From positions 10,106,001 to 10,170,000 of the forward strand of contig CP075495.1 of the NCBI GenBank assembly GCA_021613535.1: a DNA stretch of 64,000 bases. The letters are read 5' to 3'. Source of the DNA: Adineta vaga (taxonomy: Eukaryota > Animalia > Rotifera). Of the stretch, positions 55,750-64,000 are shown piece by piece. Every line of letters begins with the position of its first letter. Positions within the stretch are counted from its first letter, which is position 1. Both the position numbers and the translations under genes were made by a program. A model generated the notes under the pieces. It saw only the letters and a program-made list of their open reading frames with translations, did no database searches and was not told the DNA's origin.

Positions 55750-58700
55750 ATGATTAATCATGATAATACAGATACAACAACAGCAATTAATTTTGATAGC
55801 GATTGGCGTTATATTCGTGTGACAAATACATCTTATGAACCTGATTTTATATCCTTATCATACGATGATCAAGATTGGACAAGTATTCAATTACCACATA
55901 ATGATGATAAAAAATTGAGACAAAAATTTACTTCTACATGTGTTTCATATTGGTATAGAAAGAAATTTAATCTTACAAAAAAATTAGATCCAAATCAGCA
56001 GATTTATTTACATTTTGAATATGTTCCATTGAAAAAGAATGACTATGATAATGGATCAGATGTGAAAATACCAGCGGTAACTATATGGTTAAATGAAAAA
56101 CAACTTTTTTCTCAAACACTTCCAGAACCAGTTTGTTTAACAAATCATTTAAAGCAAGATGCAGATAATCTTTTTGTTATTTATTCTAAACAAGGATATC
56201 AACTTCGTTTACATGCTCGGTTACTTTTACCCTCACGTCTATCTGGTCAACTTGATCTCGATGATCTTCATGAAGATAGCACGAAAAGATTACGAGGCAA
56301 ACGTCTCGATTATGTTGCAAGTTTTGATGATTCCGATGGATTTATTGCACTTTTCATTCATGCGTTAAAAAAACATGCAAAAAAAAATGGAATCGATTAT
56401 GATATTCATGATGAACAAGCAACAGATGATGATAAAGAACATATGAAAAAAATTGAACATGATAAAATTCTTGAAGTTAAAACAGTTATTCATGGTCCAA
56501 TACCTCGTCTTGCTATTGCTATACTGATTGTGGGTACACGTGGTGATGTTCAACCATTTATTGCACTTGCTAAAGCACTTCTTGCTTGCGGTCATCGAGT
56601 TCGTCTTGCAACACATGAAACATTTAGAAAGTTTGTTCGAGAAAATGGGATCGAATTCTATCCATTGGCTGGTGATCCAGCTGATCTGATGTCATTTATG
56701 GTAAAGAATGCTGGCATTGTTCCATCTGTAAGTAGTATCGTTGCTGGTGATGTGGCTAAAAGTCGACGTGTAATTGCTGAAATACTTGCATCTACATGGA
56801 AAGCATGTACTGAAGAAGATGATGAAACAGATGTACCATTTACTGCTGAAGCAATCATTGCTAATCCACCTTCCTATGGTCATATACATTGTGCACAAAA
56901 GTTACAAATACCGTTACATATTGTATTTACTATGCCATGGTCTCCTACAATTCAATTTCCTCATCCATTTATTAAAGTCGATTATAATCGAGCACCAATC
57001 GATAGGATCAATATGCTATCCTATGATTTAGTGGAAGTACTAGTAAGTAATCCATTGATTTAAAATATCAATAGTTTCCTGTTTGATAAAAAAAAATCCA
57101 GAATAGATATCGATCACAGTTATCTTTGACGATTTTGATTTGATAGAATACGACAGCGCTAGATAGTTTTTCCTTTCTATATAGACATGGTCCGGTATGC
57201 GTAATATTATTAATGAATTTCGTAAAGAAACACTTGGTTTACCTACGTTACATACACGTCAGGCAGTTCGAATAATGATGGATGAACATGTACCACATAC
57301 TTATTGTTGGTCACCTTCCTTTGTTCCAAAGCCAGCTGATTGGCCTACGCATATTGATGTCTGTGGATTTTTCTTTCTCAATCTCGCTACAGATTATAAA
57401 CCACCTGATGATTTACTTCGATTTCTTAAAGCTGGTCCACCTCCAATTTATATCGGTTTTGGTTCGATTACTGGCCATGATTCAGATCGAATCTTACAAG
57501 TCGTCCTAGAAGCTTTAGAAGAAACTAGATATCGATCTCTACTAGCTGGTTTTGATATTGATAATAATAAATTACCTGATAATATATTCAAAATTGGAAA
57601 TTGTCCACACGATTGGCTATTTCAACATGGTATGACATTTCATTCTCTTTATTGTTTACTTTCTTCAATAGAACGATTTTTATTGTGTTTTTTTAAAAAT
57701 AGTATCTGCTGTTTGTCATCATGGTGGTGCAGGTACAACTGCCGCTGGTCTTCGTGCTGGAAAGCCAACAATTATCGTACCATTCTTTGGTGATCAATTC
57801 TTTTGGGGATCAATGATTAGTAAAAGTGGTGCTGGTCCTGCACCAATGCCTGGTAAAACTATCACAACAAAACAGCTCGTCGCTGCATTTCATTTTGTTC
57901 ATGAACCACAAGCACAAACTGCTGCACAGAAAATAAGCAACGATTTTCAGCATGAAAATGGTTGTGAAGTTGCTGTTCAATCTTTTCATGCACACCTACC
58001 ATTGAGTAAAATGCGTAGTGATCTTGAACCATCATTTGCTGCATGTTTTCATCTGAATGATTATGATTTGCAAATATCACGTCCAGTTGCACAAGTACTT
58101 ATCTCTGCTGAATTGATCGATGAATCCCAATTATCCCCACATTCAACTCATACATGGTCAACATTAATGCATTGTGATCATTTCAAAGCATTTACTCGTG
58201 GTATTAAACGTGCAGTATCAAAATTTACAGGTTCAATGAATCGTTCGAAACGATCCAGAAGTGCTAATTTATTAGAAAGAAAATCTTTTGATGATTTAGA
58301 AAATGATACTAAACTTGATGCGGTTAGTACAGGACATTCGTTTAAAGATGAAATATCTCTGTATGGTGTTGCTAAAGTTCAATCAAAAGATGGAGAAAAA
58401 AAAACGGTTTCGTCAGAAAAAAATCTGAAAGGCAATGTTCGACATACTGCTATGAACGTTGTTGAAAAAGCTGCGAATCACAATCGTCAGCATAGTATCA
58501 ATGCTTCGCGTCTATCTCCTGCTGCTTCTCCGTATAAGACTATTTCTAAGCCGCGAACAGTTAATACCTCTTCAGCCACTAAGAAAACTGTAACACAAAC
58601 GAATACAAAAATCCAACGATCAGTTTTGTCAAAACCAAAAGTTACATCACAAGTAAAAGAAAACAAATCTCCTGAAGAAAAAGCAGCAACTATGTCTGGT

Positions 58701-58862
58701 TTTTCTCTTGATGTATGCAAACAAATTTTAGCTGATTTTAAAAAAATCCAACAAGAGCGAGAACAGGCTAATAACAATGAAAAATCCATACATCAACTAA
58801 TGAAATTTGTTCATCCATTACGGCGATCACGTAGTCGATCAAAAAGAACACCAACTGATTAG
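55750..58862 (+). CDS. Sterol 3-beta-glucosyltransferase-like, copy 2
   Basis: Same catalytic motifs and intron positions (57043-57185, 57630-57702); divergent N- and C-terminal regions. Confidence 0.95.
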
Positions 58863-59065
58863 ATATATCTATATATATATATATATATCGTTTAGTATTT
58901 CTTATATTCTCGCATGATTCCATGTATATAATAAAACTTCCCTATCAAAAAATTTTCTCTTTTCTTCTGTTAAGAAATTAAATATAACAAAAATAATTAG
59001 AAGAATTCAATTTTTATTCTTTTGAAATAAAAGGTATTCGATAATAATTCATTATGTAATTATCA

Positions 59066-59309
59066 TCAAAGATTATCACAGCAGCAAATAACAATCCAAG
59101 CATGAATTATTCCAGGTACCTTCAAAATAAAAAATCATATCAATTTATTTCTAAAAAGAAAGTGCAATCCTTACGAGTCCAAGTAATGTCAAAAGAATAT
59201 TGACCGAAACTGTTCCACTGCAGATTTTATCTCTTGCAATCCATACAGCAAGTGGTGGAATGAATAAACTAATGATAATCAATAATAATTTTGTGCATGT
59301 TCCCGCCAT
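59066..59309 (-). CDS. Pmp3/RCI2/UPF0057 family proteolipid, 62 aa
   Basis: Two exons (59309-59175, 59119-59066; 55-nt intron) give MAGTCTKLLLIIISLFIPPLAVWIARDKICSGTVSVNILLTLLGLVPGIIHAWIVICCCDNL, with the family PPLAV and NILLTLLG..PGIIHA motifs. Not in the ORF track. Confidence 0.92.
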
Positions 59310-59922
59310 CGTTAGATTGTAAATGTACTTTTCTCGTTAGAAAAAGACTGAGATAACAGCGATATCACTTGCTATTAAAACTATTTTTTTCTATGTTCTT
59401 TATACTTTAGATTACTAGTAAGACTGAATGACTAATCACATCAGAGAACTAAATGAATAATAGGATGACGAAGAAAAAAAATAATGTAAGTGATTACACA
59501 GCAATATATACTGATAAGCATTTATTGTTATTTTTTTATATGAAGAGAACATTTAATACCATATTATATGTTAAAGTTTTAGTAGAAAAAGTACTTTGCC
59601 GATAAAAAAACTTAAAAAACAATGACATTTGCTTATAAAACAAATCAACATTTACTTTTATTTAATCAGAATTCTATCCACAATCGTAGCTACATTTTCA
59701 TTGTAGAGTTTTATTTTTAATCGCATACATACACACACGTATACATATACAAAACATATATAGATTATTGACCAAGAGCAATCGTTTCATTTTTAGAATT
59801 GAAAAAACAAAAAACAAATGAGTGCTAATCGATAGAGACAAAATAAATAAAGACAAGTAATGCGTACAAATTAAGGAAAATTCAAACAAAAAGGACGGAA
59901 TGAACAAAATAGAGAAGACATA

Positions 59923-62900
59923 TTATTCACAAGCGAGTTTACCATCAAATGAAGATAATGCTATACCAAATGCTTGAACAGCACACAATGGATATTTGAA
60001 ATCGCATGTGAAAACATCTTAAATAAGAAATTTAAAACATGAGTTTTCATTTGCAAATAAATGAATTTAATCAAAAATAAACTCTTTATCTTTCCTCTCA
60101 GATTCATCTAAACTAGGATTATACTACTCTATCTTAATAAACTTCTTTGTACTTCATTCGAGAATAAAACTATAGGGAAGGAAAAGAATTTCTTGATCCG
60201 GAATTAATACAATTATAGTTCCTATAGAATTTGTAAAAACGTTATTGGATATTTATAGTTTCAAAGGTACTTGAAAAAGAGATTAAGTACTTTTCTTTCT
60301 TCTTCGTTTAAAGTTCTTTATGCTGCAATTTGCTCATTAATGTTAATCTCTTTCCTTATACATGAATGCTAGAAAAAAAAGGAAGAGAAATTCAAATAAA
60401 CAAAACCTACCATCACTGACTCGACCGAATTGCATACACACATAGTCTTCTACAAAATAAATAGAAATGAATCCTTTGAAAAATAACAAAATAGAAATTG
60501 AATTTTTTGTTTATAATAAAAATATTTTTGAATATATACATATATTTTTAATCAGCCGAAAGAAAATAAAATCACGTGTCATTCATCCTGATCAGCTTGC
60601 TGTCTCTCACTCAGACTACTTACGATCATCACATCATGTACCACTTGAAAATTTTTAACTGATGCTTGTGTAACACGCCCATGAAAATTCAGCACATAAG
60701 ATTGTGTTTCTAAATCAAATAAAGAACGTTTTGTAGAAAGAAACGCATCGAAATCTATACCTTCATTCCAAACAGGTGTTTTATTATGTAATTCAAGTAG
60801 ATTTTCCATGTTATTATGTTTCCATCGTTCGACTAAACTTTCTGAATCCTTTAAAGAAAAAGCAACAAATAAGAAAAAAGATATTTCAAACAAATCGTAA
60901 GCGTTCTTACATTTTTTGGTCGAACTTCAACACGATGATGATCACTACTCATACCCGGAATGATAATTGTCATTTTACGTGGCCCTTTGAAACCCAATAT
61001 ATTTGTTTCCTAATTAAAAAAAAACAATGATGTTTTGTTTTTTTGAAAACTTATAAATAGACATATCTACATACATAGACAATTGCAGCGACTTCTCGAC
61101 GATGTTCTTCAATTGGACTAAATAATAAAATGACTTTCAATTTATCTCTGTAATGAAATAATTTTAAAGAAATTTACATGTTTCGTTTTGGATTTGAACC
61201 TTGATCATATACAGTAAAATGTGTTCCCAACATATTTGCTCTAGAATTATGTTAAATTAATAGTTCTAAAGGATAATAAAATATGACTGTTGTTTACCTC
61301 AATTTTCCAATGAATCTTTCTCCATCACGTGATAAATCTGTAGCATCTGTTGATATCAAATAATTTGATGTTGTACTACGTCGACGTTTTCGTCCAGCAA
61401 GAATAAAAAACTAATAGAGAAAAAATAAATTACATTGTAGTGATGAACTTTTCTGTCTTACTTTTTTTCCATCGCCTGGTCTTTCAACGTGCATATAATA
61501 TGTAGGAAAAAGACCCTTTTCCATTCCACGTTTATCTCGGGTAATACGACATTGAATATCTCCCAAGCCATTAGGTGCAGGTGTATAAACAAATTTATCC
61601 AAATCTTCAGTAATCATTTCAAAAAGTGGTCGTAAGGCAAATGTCAATTGATCATTTGTTGCTGTTGGTGAATCAGGATTATTACTATCATTACTATTAT
61701 TATTGCTATTGTTTGTATTATTCGATTGTAATGAAGATGAACCGTTGATATTATGTGGTGTTGGTGACCATGGTTTGACAAGTGCACGTTCACCTTCCAC
61801 ATCAGAATCTGAATGACGATGAAGAGAAGATTTACTTTGAAGTATTTTTTCAGAAGCTACAACACATTCAGAAGGAGATTTAATATCAGAATGATTCTCA
61901 TTCAATGATGATAGAGCAGAATTTTCATTAGTTTGACGACGATGACGACGACGTGATTGTTTAGTAGAGTGAAGACGATCATCATGCTTATGACTAGTGC
62001 GTTTGTGATCTTTAAAAACATTAAGTGCACAACATAAACAAAATACACACATGTTATAGAAACATAAAAAGCAATTCGAATAGGAAAAGAATATTTCATA
62101 GCATGTATCGGAATGAAACAGCATAGAGATATTTCCACATGTTCATCAACTTTGAAGAAGTATTAAACTTCTTCTATGAAGTACATACTGATGTTTAAGA
62201 TTGTATTTCTACAAAGATACATCGAAGGACGAAAGACAATATGCTGCTTTATTCTTTCTCATGCAATATTCATGCATACAAACAAAAAGTATATCAAAGT
62301 ATATTAACTAATGAAAGCAAATTGTGAATCGCTTTTGTTTTCTTTTTATACTAACATACCGTTTAATCTGATTTCTTCACCATCGTCAACATCATCATCA
62401 ACACTAACTGTTGTTGTTACACCGGGGACTGTGTATAATGTTTTCGTTGATCGATTTACTAGTACTGAGTGAGTAGAAGTTGCAGTAGACGGACGTGATG
62501 TATTTGGACTATTTCTCTAAGTAAATGAAAAAAAAACGAGACAACAACACCAAACATAGATTAGAAAAACTCTGTTCGATCAATCAAATCTTACGGATGT
62601 TACTTTTTCATTTGATGTAATTCGAATTGTACGTAATGGTTCAGCTGTTGGAAATGCTGTAGAACGATTATTACCATTGAATACTGTTGGTTCACCATCA
62701 TCGGGATGAAATGAATTATTATCAAATCCTATCAGGCGACAATAAGGTATCATGAAAAAATAAGAACTATATCAAAGCTTAACAAAGATTAATCTGAAAA
62801 GCTCAATTAAGTTCGTTCTCTTTGGAACAATGAATATAGAAAAATAGTCTATTGTTTACCGTAGGATAAGAAGAAGTAGTAGAAAAAGAAAAAAGAAGAG

Positions 62901-63419
62901 ACTAGATAATTAATAGAGAAAATACTGAGAAAATGAGATGGAACATGAGCTTCGTTTATATTCCGCTCTAACTAACTTGAAATAAAAGAAACAGAGCACG
63001 TTTAATACCGGTTTTTTTTATAGAAAAAGAAAAGAAGATTTCTTTTTTTATATTCTTATTCTATAAAGAATATCTACATTAGTTTCTCGATGAATTATAA
63101 AGGAAAGCAATTGTCAGCAATTTATCTTACCTTTTATATCATCCGGTCCAGATGAATCCGTTCGATGAGGTGTACGACGAGTACGTAAATCTCCCGCACG
63201 TTTTATTGCTTCTTGCTAAAAGAAAAAATAAATCCAACTAGGAAGACATTGATTGGATTTATATATGTATCAATACTTTTTGACGTATTCGACTTTTATC
63301 AAATTTTTGATATGATGCTAACGAATTTTGATCATCATCATCTGATATTCTAAAGAAAAGAATTAAATCAAACAAATTTTATGAATTAACTATCATAGTT
63401 CAACTTACTGTCCTGGCAT
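59923..63419 (-). CDS. Tubby-family protein (TUB/TULP), many small exons
   Basis: [62 protein letters not shown]|[38 protein letters not shown]; start at 63419 is tentative. Confidence 0.93.
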
Positions 63420-63683
63420 TGTGAATTCTTCATTATTGTGAAAGATTATAAGGATATCTTTTCTTTTGCTTCTCCTATAATATCATCTAGAAGGAAAATA
63501 TTCGATGAAAAGTGTAGTATCAGAAGAAAAAACATGGCTGGTCATCAATTGTAATACTTTTGTTTTCAGGTTAAGTACTTGTTGAAAACAAGATAGTAGT
63601 CATATCGAAATAAAGAAACAAAGTAATGTGTGTATATGTTGTATTTCTTTTTGCTTCTTATCATATGATTCTTCTTTCGCTTC

Positions 63684-63698
63684 GTTGCCGATGCCAAC
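63684..63698. promoter_or_regulatory. Candidate RFX X-box upstream of the Tubby gene
   Basis: GTTGCCGATGCCAAC: one canonical half-site plus an imperfect half, within the palindromic arms TCGTTG/CAACGA. Confidence 0.4.
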
Positions 63699-64000
63699 GA
63701 GTTAGTATGATGTTTCAATCATAACATTGATACATCGATGAAAGAAGACGAAGAAAAAAAATCAAGATAAAAAGAATTTCAAAATGGTAATGATTATCAT
63801 TCATTTATAGACCAAATGAAGAAAAAAATACAAAGAGAGAGAAATGACCGATTTGATTAAATAAAACTAATACAATTAAACTCAGTGTACAAATAAAAGC
63901 TCAACTCATAACTGAATTTTCTACCGACATCATTAGATTTTTATTCCTTCTTCTATCTGTTGTTATTGTTGTTTTTTTTCTCTCTCTCTCTCTCATTTTT

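Noticed and set aside
6512-58862. BVMOs and sterol glucosyltransferases as one biosynthetic or detoxification cluster
   Set aside because: They are more than 40 kb apart with unrelated housekeeping genes between; nothing in the sequence links them.
1-64000. Short antisense or overlapping ORFs in the ORF track; prokaryotic operons, CRISPR arrays, tRNA or rRNA genes
   Set aside because: The small ORFs are shadows of real exons or AT-rich noise; the DNA is intron-containing eukaryotic sequence with no spaced direct-repeat array or structured RNA signature visible.

Overview
AT-rich eukaryotic genomic DNA, gene-dense, with many short (about 50-65 nt) GT-AG introns. Core metazoan genes (CLYBL, SMYD4, opsin, DIPK/FAM69, CCDC74/92-like, CWC22, cathepsin L-like, GPCR, K2P channel, Tubby) are interleaved with genes from families typical of bacteria, fungi or plants: a membrane GT2 glycosyltransferase, two tandem Baeyer-Villiger monooxygenases (BVMOs), two tandem sterol 3-beta-glucosyltransferases and a Pmp3 proteolipid. 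This mixture most resembles a bdelloid rotifer (inference, not verified). About 22 genes can be supported, including three tandem paralog pairs. The most notable observations are: (1) the sterol glucosyltransferases carry an N-terminal GH2-type sugar-binding-like domain; (2) one BVMO copy is intact except for two in-frame TGA codons, at least one at a conserved Trp; (3) paralog pairs show patchwork near-identity; (4) a pair of AIG1/septin-like GTPases share an unrecognised ~100-aa helical repeat. The intervals ~15.7-22.2 kb and ~23.7-27.5 kb look like corrupted consensus sequence, so lesions there should not be read as biology. No RNA genes, CRISPR arrays or recognisable transposons were found. 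All family assignments come from motif recognition by eye, not database searches.
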